A stretch of 64,000 bases of DNA from Nostoc sp. DedSLP01 (lineage in GTDB: Bacteria > Cyanobacteriota > Cyanobacteriia > Cyanobacteriales > Nostocaceae), in the NCBI GenBank assembly GCA_034530875.2, contig JAVRCJ020000025.1, positions 32,001 through 96,000 of the forward strand, read 5' to 3'. The translations under genes were made by a program, and so were the position numbers. Below, in pieces: positions 9,104-18,058 of this stretch (the stretch's first letter is position 1; each line of letters begins with the position of its first letter). The notes below the pieces were generated by a model. The model saw only the letters and a program-made list of their open reading frames with translations. It made no database searches and was not told the origin of the DNA.

Positions 9104-10303
9104 ATGTCTTCTCAAACCACTAATGTATTAGAAGCAGGGCGCATATATAGAAGTATAGGCGCAATACCACCCCATCTGTTACGTGCAGATATCTATCGTG
9201 CTTGGGAAAGATCGCACCTCCAAGGAGCTAACCCTCATACTTTACAAGCAGAAAGGCTATCAAGTTTAGATACAGAACGTTTGTTAGAAAAACACAGTTA
9301 TTTGCTCAACGCAGTCCGTCCTTACTTCCGAATACTATCACAGGCAGCGGGGAGGGAGCGTCACGCAGTAATGTTAAGCAATCATGAGGCTATTTTACTG
9401 GATGTAATTGGAGATGAGCAGACTATACATGGCCCAGAACCATTTCCTCTACCTGGGGCGCTACTATCAGAATCTGTAGCTGGTGCTAATGGAATTGGCA
9501 CAACACTAGCTGAAGAAAGCTACACGGAAATTATCGCAGCAGAGCATTTTATTGATGGGTTTTACCCATTTACTTGTCAGGGAACTCCTTTGCGTAATGA
9601 CAAAGGGGAAATTGTCGGAGTCTTTAGTATTTCAGTACGCAATCAAGATACAGGACAGCGCCTAAAAGAAATATTACTATGTGCTTCCCACGGAATTGAA
9701 GCAGAATTTTTAGTAGCTAGCCTCGAGAAAAATGTTCGCGACGTACTAGCATCAAATCCTGATGACTATGAGCCATTAGAAAACCTACGTCAAGATATTA
9801 TTCAAGCGCATCAGGCAACACGGTTGCAACTTGAAATTATATCTCGAATGCTAGCTGTTAACACTTTAGATTATGCGATGCAATTGCTTCAACAAGCAGA
9901 GAAATCAATTCAGATATTTCGTAGTCGTGCTAAAGTCTGGCGTGATTTAGCATCTTTAGAACGCAGTACACCCCAACTTTTGGTACTTACTGATGTTGTG
10001 CAGGATTTAGTCGATCTTCTCTCAACTGAAGCTGCGATTCGGAAGATTGAAATTGTCATACATTTTTCAGACCCAGTTATAGTATTAGCTGATTTACAAA
10101 ATCTTTTACGTCAGCTGTTTAGTTATTTTGTATATGCTTTTGAGACTGCCAATAAAGGCGGAACAGTAGAAGTGGAAGTAATTAAAATACTGCATTCGGA
10201 ATTGGTACAAGTGATTTTTCGCTCAATTCCAGGATTAAATCTTTCTCAAGCAGATTTGACTTCGTATATTTTTACCTTACCTACAGCAAAAAAGAGACTA
10301 TGA
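9104..10303 (+). CDS. GAF-domain sensor (AcoR/DhaR-type) fused to a degenerate histidine-kinase-like module
   Basis: IYRAWERS, ESVAGANGIGTTL and AEHF..GF.PFTCQGTPL GAF motifs. C-terminal VLAD..LLRQL...GGTVEV...FTLP lacks the N, G1 and G2 boxes. Confidence 0.75.
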   Translation: MSSQTTNVLEAGRIYRSIGAIPPHLLRADIYRAWERSHLQGANPHTLQAERLSSLDTERLLEKHSYLLNAVRPYFRILSQAAGRERHAVMLSNHEAILLDVIGDEQTIHGPEPFPLPGALLSESVAGANGIGTTLAEESYTEIIAAEHFIDGFYPFTCQGTPLRNDKGEIVGVFSISVRNQDTGQRLKEILLCASHGIEAEFLVASLEKNVRDVLASNPDDYEPLENLRQDIIQAHQATRLQLEIISRMLAVNTLDYAMQLLQQAEKSIQIFRSRAKVWRDLASLERSTPQLLVLTDVVQDLVDLLSTEAAIRKIEIVIHFSDPVIVLADLQNLLRQLFSYFVYAFETANKGGTVEVEVIKILHSELVQVIFRSIPGLNLSQADLTSYIFTLPTAKKRL

Positions 10304-10689
10304 CAACTCAAAATTTACTCAGGCGTACAGTACTGATTGCAGATGATGATAACGATAGTCGTGTTCTACTTGCTTTCTTACTCGAACAAGAAGGCTGGGA
10401 AGTAAAACAAGCAAAAGATGGTAGAGAAGCTTTAGAAAAAGTGTTTCAGGAACAACCAGATTTATTAATTTTAGATCACAGGATGCCTGAATTTACGGGA
10501 ACTGAAGTATATCATCACATCCAAAAGCGAGGAATTAGTTTAACAATTATATTGGTTACGGCTTATGGATGTTTAGAGGAATTATCGTCATCTTTAGGTA
10601 TTTCGTATTTTGTCAGTAAACCATTTGATATTCCAGATTTCCTGAATATTATTGAGTGTGCCTATAAAAAATCTCTTGAGCTAGTGTAA
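10300..10689 (+). CDS. Single-domain response regulator (CheY-like receiver)
   Basis: VLIADDD, LILDHRMP, VTAY and SKPF motifs; ATGA overlap with the upstream gene. Confidence 0.9.
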   Translation: MTTQNLLRRTVLIADDDNDSRVLLAFLLEQEGWEVKQAKDGREALEKVFQEQPDLLILDHRMPEFTGTEVYHHIQKRGISLTIILVTAYGCLEELSSSLGISYFVSKPFDIPDFLNIIECAYKKSLELV

Positions 10690-10774
10690 AAGAAACTCGC
10701 ATCTGTGGTTTCACTCATGCCAATTTCTTGAATCATCTGCTAGAGATGCTAAAGGTTTACTCTTAATATAAGAA

Positions 10775-12304
10775 ATGCTTGCTAGAGTCTGGAGTGCATC
10801 AATTGTCGGTATCGATGCCGTCAAAGTAGGCGTAGAAGTCGATGTGTCAGGAGGATTACCAGGAATTGTTGTCTTGGGACTTCCAGATTCGGCGATTCAG
10901 GAATCCAAAGAGAGAGTTAAGGCGACGCTGAAGAATGCTGGTTTTGCCTTTCCTATGCGGAAAATTGTAATTAATTTAACTCCGGCAGATTTACGCAAGG
11001 AAGGCCCCTGTTTCGACTTACCTATTAGTGTAGGGATTTTGGCCGCTTCTGAGCAAATTAGCGGCGATCTGTTAGGGGATTATTTGTTTTTAGGTGAAGT
11101 CTCTCTTGATGGCACCTTGCGCGCGGTGGCTGGTGTATTGCCGATCGCTGCTGCTGCTGAAAAAATGGGAATTACAGGTTTAGTTCTCCCTGCTGATAAT
11201 GCCCAAGAAGCCGCAGTTGTTGAAGGTTTGGCTGTTTATGGCTGCCAACATCTTTCTGATGTGGTGGACTTTTTAAATAATCCAGGACGTTACAAACCTG
11301 TGCTGGTCGATGTTACAAAGGAAGCAAGTACAAGATATCATTATAGCACAGATTTACAAGATGTTAAAGGACAGACTCATGCGCGTCGTGCTTTAGAAAT
11401 TGCTGCTGCTGGAGGACACAACTTGATATTTGTCGGGCCTCCTGGTAGCGGGAAAACCATGTTAGCGCGGCGCTTACCGGGAATTTTGCCACCTTTGAGT
11501 TTTGCTGAATCTTTGGAAGTGACTCGCATTCACTCTGTGGCTGGTTTATTGAAAAATCGTGGTTCTTTAGTACGCGATCGCCCTTTTCGCAGTCCCCACC
11601 ATTCAGCTTCCGGCCCTTCTTTGGTAGGTGGCGGTAGTTTCCCCCGTCCTGGCGAAATATCATTATCCCACAATGGGATCTTATTCATGGACGAATTAAC
11701 AGAATTTAAACGTGATGTTTTAGAGTTTCTGCGCCAACCTTTAGAAGATGGTTTCGTGACGATTTCCCGCACCAAATTATCAGTCATGTTTCCCGCACAG
11801 TTTACTTTGGTGGCGAGTACTAATCCCTGTCCTTGCGGTTACTATGGCGATACTATCCAACAGTGTACTTGTTCTCCTCGGCAACGCGAGCAATACTGGG
11901 CAAAACTTTCCGGGCCGTTGATGGATCGAATTGATTTACAAGTGGCGGTGAATCGCTTAAAACCAGAAGAAATTACCCAACAGCCTACCGGAGAAGCGTC
12001 AATATCGGTACGCCAACGAGTAGAACAAGCACGCGATCGCGCAATTAGCCGTTTTCAAACAGAAGCAAATCTGCGTTGCAATGCCCAAATGCAGAGTAGC
12101 CATCTGCAAAAATGGTGCAAGCTAGATGATGCTAGCCGTAATTTATTAGAAGCTGCAATTAGAAAATTAGGCTTATCAGCAAGAGCAAGCGATCGCATTC
12201 TCAAAGTAGCACGAACAATTGCAGATTTAGCGGCAGAAGAAGAGCTACAACCTAATCATGTAGCAGAAGCAATTCAATATCGCACAATTGATAGAATGCA
12301 ATAA
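10775..12304 (+). CDS. comM: YifB/ComM family Mg-chelatase-like AAA+ ATPase
   Basis: GPPGSGKT, RSPHHSAS, NPCPCGY and SGPLMDRID motifs. Confidence 0.92.
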   Translation: MLARVWSASIVGIDAVKVGVEVDVSGGLPGIVVLGLPDSAIQESKERVKATLKNAGFAFPMRKIVINLTPADLRKEGPCFDLPISVGILAASEQISGDLLGDYLFLGEVSLDGTLRAVAGVLPIAAAAEKMGITGLVLPADNAQEAAVVEGLAVYGCQHLSDVVDFLNNPGRYKPVLVDVTKEASTRYHYSTDLQDVKGQTHARRALEIAAAGGHNLIFVGPPGSGKTMLARRLPGILPPLSFAESLEVTRIHSVAGLLKNRGSLVRDRPFRSPHHSASGPSLVGGGSFPRPGEISLSHNGILFMDELTEFKRDVLEFLRQPLEDGFVTISRTKLSVMFPAQFTLVASTNPCPCGYYGDTIQQCTCSPRQREQYWAKLSGPLMDRIDLQVAVNRLKPEEITQQPTGEASISVRQRVEQARDRAISRFQTEANLRCNAQMQSSHLQKWCKLDDASRNLLEAAIRKLGLSARASDRILKVARTIADLAAEEELQPNHVAEAIQYRTIDRMQ

Positions 12305-12663
12305 TAATAAGAACCCTCACTCATATCATTCATGGCTGAAGTCAGCTGTTAAGTTTAGTTATTTTGATGAATTCACTAACGATATTCATATCTTTGTTCA
12401 ATAGCGTAATAGCCTTCGGAAAAAATCACTATAAGCATCAATCAAAGTATTCCTACTTAGATTCGTAGTGAGTAATGTAAAGAATATGCAAAGATATGTC
12501 TTGCAAACAAAGACATCTAAGTAAATAAGCTAGTATATGGATAGTGTTCGGTTATTTAGATGTTCTCTATTTTTAAAGTAGATATCTAAATATAATTGCC
12601 CACAAGGAGGGTATAGAAATCTCTTTCCCAAGCCACAGTGGACTGTTCCCTTTTTCAAGCTAT

Positions 12664-12840
12664 TAGGACTTAGGCATTAACAAAAACTAAATATGAAGGC
12701 TGGTTTTTATCCATTAAAGCTCGCTTTTTTAATCTTTGTTAGCTAGAAGAAATCAGCGAACAAAGGTGATTAAAAAAGCTTGAGATGACTCGTTGTCTTA
12801 AATACACAAGTTGAGTAATTTGTATAGTGCTTAAGACGTA
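12664..12840. mobile_element. Possible degenerate MITE with an internal hairpin
   Basis: Imperfect 13-bp terminal IRs (taggacttaggca / tgcttaagacgta, 10/13 match). Internal IR gcttttttaatctttgtt ... aacaaaggtgattaaaaaagc. Confidence 0.4.
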
Positions 12841-13041
12841 GATATTTCTGACAAAGTTGGATAGCTACCACATAAAAACTAGCTAAAAGTGAAATATTGA
12901 AAAATTTAATATTTTTCAATGTTTGGCTACAAAATATGCCGAAAACGTCAAATTTCGGCGAATTTTTGTGTCCGAAAATAACACAAATAGCAACTTGAGA
13001 ACTGAAGTAACAGCAAAAAATCCATTTAGGTAGGTAAAGTT

Positions 13042-15399
13042 ATGGCAAATATCACTGGAACCAACAGGAATGATACCCTGCTAGGCACTAACAGCGAAGA
13101 CACAATTAAGGGTCTAGGGGGGAACGATACCATCACAGGCAAACAGGGCTACGACACCTTAACTGGTGGCGATGGCAAAGATATATTTGTTTACAACCTT
13201 GGTGACGGCATAGATACCATTACTGATTTTGGTGGAGTAGGTAAAAGCACAAATCCTTCAGCAGCAGTCATTGCCAAAGTCGATACCATGAAATTCGTAG
13301 GCGCTGGGTTGACTCCCCAAAATTTGCTGCTCATTCAGGAGGGTAAAAATTTAACAATCGGCTTTGAAAGGGTCGCAACACCCATCATTTTGGAGAATTT
13401 TGCCCTGGAAAACCTGGAGAACCTGAGCAAATCTACTGGAGATAGTGTTGACTTGGGCAATATCTTATTTGATGGGCAAACTAGCATTACTGACAGCTTT
13501 GATGTCTTCGATGCTAACTCCACCCAAAGCACGATCTTAAAAAAGAACACAGTCACCTTCCTTAACGACCTCAACAACAATGTCAAAGGTTTTGACAACT
13601 CAGATGATGTCATCAATGGTCAAAGAGGTAATGACATTATTGACGGTAAGAGTGGCAATGACTTTTTGAGGGGTGGTGAGGGGAATGATACTCTCATTGG
13701 TGGTGTGGGGAATGACACCCTCGCTTATGACTATAGTTACTTTGCGGGATTTGAGTATTCCACAACAAGTAAGAACTTACTCTTGGGAGGCGATGGCAAT
13801 GATATTCTCTTTGGTGATGTAGGGGACACCTTGAACGGTGGCAATGGGGATGACACGTTCTATCCTTATCTTGGTCGTCTCTATGGTGGGGATGTCTTGA
13901 TAACTGGTGGCGGCGGCAAAGATAAATTTGTTTTGGAGTTTGGTTATATCGGCAATAGTACGATTACTATCACCGATTTTGGTGGCATTGGTAAAGGCTC
14001 AAAGCCATCAACTGCGGCTCTCGCTTCTTTGGATACCTTGCAATTAAAAGATGATTCAGATTCTATCTTCACTGCCAAAAATCTCCTATTGACTCAAAAT
14101 GCTAAAAACTTAGAAATGAGTTTTGATACGGCGGCATTGAATTCCAAAATCATCCTGCAAAACTTTGCCCTGGAAAACCTAGACAATTTAGCCCAAGTCG
14201 GCAATATTTTGTTTAGTGGGCAAACTAGTATCACGGACAACTTTGATATCTTCGATGCTAACTCTACTCAAAGCACGCCCTCAAAAAAGAACACAGTCAC
14301 CTTCCTTAACGACCTCAACAACAATGTCAAAGGTTTTGACAACTCAGACGATGTTATCAATGGTCAGGGGGGTAATGACATCATTGATGGCAAGAGTGGC
14401 AACGACACTTTGAGAGGCGGTGCGGGGAATGATACTCTCATTGGTGGTACTGATGCCGATGTTCTATCCGATTCAATAGGGAATAATTTACTCTCTGGAG
14501 GCAATGGGAATGATTCTCTCTCTACCTCTGGGGTATTGCAAGGTTTCGCTGTCTGGGGATACTATTTCGGTGGCTATGCGTCTGGCAATAACACTCTCAA
14601 CGGTGGCGCTGGTAATGATTCCTTGACTGCAAACTATTCATCAGGCAATAACTTGCTTTCTGGTGGCGATGGCAATGATACTCTCTCCGCCTCCGGCGCT
14701 TATGATTTTGAAAACTACTTAGTTACCACCTCTGGCAACAATACCCTCAACGGTGGTGCTGGTAACGATTATTTGCGTGCTGATTATTCATCAGGCAATA
14801 ATCTACTCAATGGTGGCGATGGCAATGATACTCTCTCTGCCTCCACTAGCGATTTTAGCTACGGCTACGGAGGCATTGCTACTGTAGGAGATAACACCCT
14901 CAATGGTGGTGCTGGTGACGACACCATAAATATTGACTATTCAAAAGGCGATAATCTACTTGATGGTGGTGATGGCAATGATACTCTCTCTGCCTTTTAT
15001 GCCTCTGGTAAGAACACCCTCAAAGGTGGTAATGGAAATGACATCCTCATAGGTGGGAACGGTAGCGATACTCTTTATGGAGGGAATGGTAAAGATGCCT
15101 TTGTTTTCAATAGTTTCAATGAGAATTTTGATACTATTTATGACTTCAACGCAACTAATGATGTGATTCGGGTATCGGCTGCTGGTTTTAGTGGTGGGTT
15201 ATCAGTACCTTCACTCAAAGCGAATCAGTTTACCATCGGAACATCTGCAACTACTACCACACAGAGATTTATCTACAACGATATTACTGGTGCATTATTT
15301 TTCGACCAAGACGGTAGTGCATCTGCGTTTACTCAGGTAAAATTTGCTTTAGTTACTGCTGGATTGTCGCTAACTGAAAACAATTTTGTGGTTGTTTAA
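13042..15399 (+). CDS. RTX/hemolysin-type Ca-binding repeat protein (probable type I-secreted)
   Basis: Many GGxGNDxL nonapeptides, a duplicated internal domain and a C-terminal DTIYDF...LFFDQDG domain. No N-terminal signal peptide. Confidence 0.9.
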   Translation: MANITGTNRNDTLLGTNSEDTIKGLGGNDTITGKQGYDTLTGGDGKDIFVYNLGDGIDTITDFGGVGKSTNPSAAVIAKVDTMKFVGAGLTPQNLLLIQEGKNLTIGFERVATPIILENFALENLENLSKSTGDSVDLGNILFDGQTSITDSFDVFDANSTQSTILKKNTVTFLNDLNNNVKGFDNSDDVINGQRGNDIIDGKSGNDFLRGGEGNDTLIGGVGNDTLAYDYSYFAGFEYSTTSKNLLLGGDGNDILFGDVGDTLNGGNGDDTFYPYLGRLYGGDVLITGGGGKDKFVLEFGYIGNSTITITDFGGIGKGSKPSTAALASLDTLQLKDDSDSIFTAKNLLLTQNAKNLEMSFDTAALNSKIILQNFALENLDNLAQVGNILFSGQTSITDNFDIFDANSTQSTPSKKNTVTFLNDLNNNVKGFDNSDDVINGQGGNDIIDGKSGNDTLRGGAGNDTLIGGTDADVLSDSIGNNLLSGGNGNDSLSTSGVLQGFAVWGYYFGGYASGNNTLNGGAGNDSLTANYSSGNNLLSGGDGNDTLSASGAYDFENYLVTTSGNNTLNGGAGNDYLRADYSSGNNLLNGGDGNDTLSASTSDFSYGYGGIATVGDNTLNGGAGDDTINIDYSKGDNLLDGGDGNDTLSAFYASGKNTLKGGNGNDILIGGNGSDTLYGGNGKDAFVFNSFNENFDTIYDFNATNDVIRVSAAGFSGGLSVPSLKANQFTIGTSATTTTQRFIYNDITGALFFDQDGSASAFTQVKFALVTAGLSLTENNFVVV

Positions 15400-15424
15400 T
15401 TTAACTCCACGCTTTTTGCTTAGG

Positions 15425-15453
15425 GAAAAGGGAGGCGATCGCCTCCCTTTTTC
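15425..15453. terminator. Bidirectional terminator centred on HIP1
   Basis: aaaagggagGCGATCGCctccctttt palindrome between convergent genes. Confidence 0.75.
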
Positions 15454-15495
15454 ATCCAAAAGTGTAAAATTTAATACACTACATCATGATTTTTG

Positions 15496-17157
15496 TCAAC
15501 TAGAAGCTTTGACTGGTATCTCGGCTTGGGAGTGCAAAAACAAACCATATTCCAAGCCCTCCACCACAGCTTGATAGGACGCTTCCAAAATGTTGGTAGA
15601 GACTCCTACCGTTGTCCAGCGTTGATGGCCATTACCCGATTCCACCAACACCCGTGTTTTTGCAGCCGTGCCGGTATGTCCGTTGAGAATCCGCACTTTG
15701 TAGTCTGTCAAATCAAAAGTTGCAATTTGCGGATAAAAATTCACCAAAGCCTTACGTAAAGCTGCATCCAACGCCGCAACCGGGCCGTTACCTTCCGCTG
15801 CTTCCAAAATATTCTTACCATCGACAGCGACTTTAATTGTGGCTAGGGCGTTGGTAGCTTCTTTCCCTTCAATCAAGTCACAGTGGACTTGAAAACCTTT
15901 GACTTCAAAAAACTTTTGGCGTTCTCCCAAAGCTTCATACATCAACAGCGCAAAACTAGCCTCTGCTGCTTCAAATTGAAATCCTTCATTCTCCAAATCT
16001 TTGATCCGCTGGAGAATTTGCTTCGCCTCTGCCTTTAATTTATCCAATTCAATGCCAAAACTGCGAGCTTTAGCTAAAACATTGCTGAGTCCTGACTGTT
16101 CGGAAATCACGATGCGGCGACGATTCCCCACTTGTTCCGGTTGAATGTGTTCGTAAGTCAGGGGATTACGTTCTACAGCAGATACATGGATACCGCCTTT
16201 ATGTGCAAAAGCCGAACGTCCCACAAAGGGGGCATGTTCGTCAGGAGCAAGATTAACCACCTCACTTACAAAGCGACTAGCTTCTGTAAGTTGTGCTAGC
16301 TGGTCTTCTGTGATACAACTGTAACCGAGTTTAAGTTGTAGATTGGGGATTAACGAACAGAGGTTAGCATTGCCGCAACGTTCACCATAACCGTTAATTG
16401 TGCCTTGTACCATCTTTGCCCCTGCCATCACAGCGGCTATGGCGTTAGCAACCGCCATTTCCGAATCATTATGAGTGTGAATTCCGATTTGGGGTATTGT
16501 CCTTTGCCCTTTATCGTCTGTCATTGTTCCTTGACTAATGACTGATGACAAATGACTAATGACAGTTTCCACAATTTGGCTAACTTCATGGGGCAAAGTA
16601 CCGCCATTGGTATCGCAGAGGACTAGCCACTCAGCACCAGATGCGATCGCTGCCTCCAATGTCTGTAAAGCATAACCTGGATTGTGCTTATAGCCATCAA
16701 ACCAATGTTCGGCATCGTAGATGGCGCGACGTCCTTGAGAACGGAGGTACTCAATTGTGTCGCGAATCATGGCTAAATTTTCTTCTAATGTCGTCTTGAG
16801 TCCGGTTGTGACATGTAAATCCCAAGACTTGCCAAAAATGGTCACCCAGCGAGTTCCGGCAGCCAAAATAGCCTGTAGCATCGGTTCCTCGGCAGCAGAA
16901 GTGTTGGGGCGTCGAGTCGAACAAAAAGCAACAACTTCTGCATGTTTTAGCGGATCTTCTTGGAGTTGCCAGAAAAATTGTACATCCTTAGGATTGGCAC
17001 CGGGCCAACCGCCTTCAATAAAGGGGATTCCCAGTCGATCGAGTCTTTTGGCAATGCGTAACTTATCTTCTATCGATATAGATAGCCCCTCGCGCTGAGT
17101 GCCATCCCGTAGTGTAGTGTCATAGAGCCAAAGTTGAGGTGAGGAAAATGTGGTCAT
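15496..17157 (-). CDS. cimA: Citramalate synthase (LeuA/CimA family); start probably MTTFSS
   Basis: YDTTLRDGTQREG, HTHND, GERCGN and FAHKGGIH motifs; C-terminal allosteric domain. Confidence 0.92.
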   Translation of the reverse strand: MTTFSSPQLWLYDTTLRDGTQREGLSISIEDKLRIAKRLDRLGIPFIEGGWPGANPKDVQFFWQLQEDPLKHAEVVAFCSTRRPNTSAAEEPMLQAILAAGTRWVTIFGKSWDLHVTTGLKTTLEENLAMIRDTIEYLRSQGRRAIYDAEHWFDGYKHNPGYALQTLEAAIASGAEWLVLCDTNGGTLPHEVSQIVETVISHLSSVISQGTMTDDKGQRTIPQIGIHTHNDSEMAVANAIAAVMAGAKMVQGTINGYGERCGNANLCSLIPNLQLKLGYSCITEDQLAQLTEASRFVSEVVNLAPDEHAPFVGRSAFAHKGGIHVSAVERNPLTYEHIQPEQVGNRRRIVISEQSGLSNVLAKARSFGIELDKLKAEAKQILQRIKDLENEGFQFEAAEASFALLMYEALGERQKFFEVKGFQVHCDLIEGKEATNALATIKVAVDGKNILEAAEGNGPVAALDAALRKALVNFYPQIATFDLTDYKVRILNGHTGTAAKTRVLVESGNGHQRWTTVGVSTNILEASYQAVVEGLEYGLFLHSQAEIPVKASS

Positions 17158-17233
17158 AAAACTTGGACCGACGAGACAACTTTCGAGGCAATATGTCAAT
17201 ATACAACAAAAAGCCAGTTTGGCAATTTAAAAA

Positions 17234-17572
17234 ATGCCTAAGGTACTAGCTCAAGGTAAAACAATTGAGTGCAAACAAGGAAGCAATCTTCGCCAAATCT
17301 TGCTACAAAATGGTATTGACCTCTACAATGACGGTGCTAAGGTAATCAACTGTCGGGGTATTGGCAGTTGTGGGACTTGCGCGGTTAAGGTAGAGGGCGA
17401 AGTATCGGCAGCGAATTGGCGGGATCGAACGCGTCGTTCGCTTCCTCCCCATTCTCCAACAACAAACTTACGTTTAGCTTGCCAAACGCAGATTTTAGGC
17501 GACGTAAATGTGACAAAATTTGATGGGTTTTGGGGACAAGGTTCTCGTATAGTGTGGACACCAAAAGGTTAA
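17234..17572 (+). CDS. 2Fe-2S ferredoxin-like protein
   Basis: CRGIGSCGTC ... RLACQ. Confidence 0.9.
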   Translation: MPKVLAQGKTIECKQGSNLRQILLQNGIDLYNDGAKVINCRGIGSCGTCAVKVEGEVSAANWRDRTRRSLPPHSPTTNLRLACQTQILGDVNVTKFDGFWGQGSRIVWTPKG

Positions 17573-17588
17573 AAAGGAGTAAAACAAC

Positions 17589-17966
17589 ATGGGTAGATGG
17601 ACACCCTTAATATTAATGGCTGGAGGTTTAGCCATTTTGCTTGGTACGTTACTAGGCATTAATTTTCCTATGGGCGTACAAACCGCCAATAATCCCGGCG
17701 GTAAAGCTGCCAAAGTCTTGCCAGCTAATATTAATGTTAATAGCGGCGCTGGCAGTCAGAACAATGAAAGCGCAACTGAGGAAACTGAAGCAAACCAAAC
17801 AGATGCAAACCCAAACAGACGCTCTATTGTAGCTCCTAGACCTAACGACAGGAGCAGTGTCGCTCAAAATCCTTCTGACAGTACCACAGATACTGATACA
17901 GATGCATCTGGAACGGACACGCCATCAACCAATTCCGGCACAGAACCAATTCGAGCTTTGTGGTAA
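17589..17966 (+). CDS. Hypothetical protein with an N-terminal hydrophobic segment and a low-complexity polar tail
   Basis: AGGAG SD, TM/signal-like N-terminus, ends in PIRALW. Confidence 0.75.
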   Translation: MGRWTPLILMAGGLAILLGTLLGINFPMGVQTANNPGGKAAKVLPANINVNSGAGSQNNESATEETEANQTDANPNRRSIVAPRPNDRSSVAQNPSDSTTDTDTDASGTDTPSTNSGTEPIRALW

Positions 17967-18058
17967 AGGTTGCTAGTCTTTAGTTATTCCTTTATTAGTT
18001 ATGATTTATTAGTCATGCACTAATGCTCAATAGCTAATGAGCAATGACTAAATGACTA

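Noticed and set aside
10775..12304. comM as an interrupted integration site
   Set aside because: The ORF is intact, and no integrase or att-like repeat is visible.
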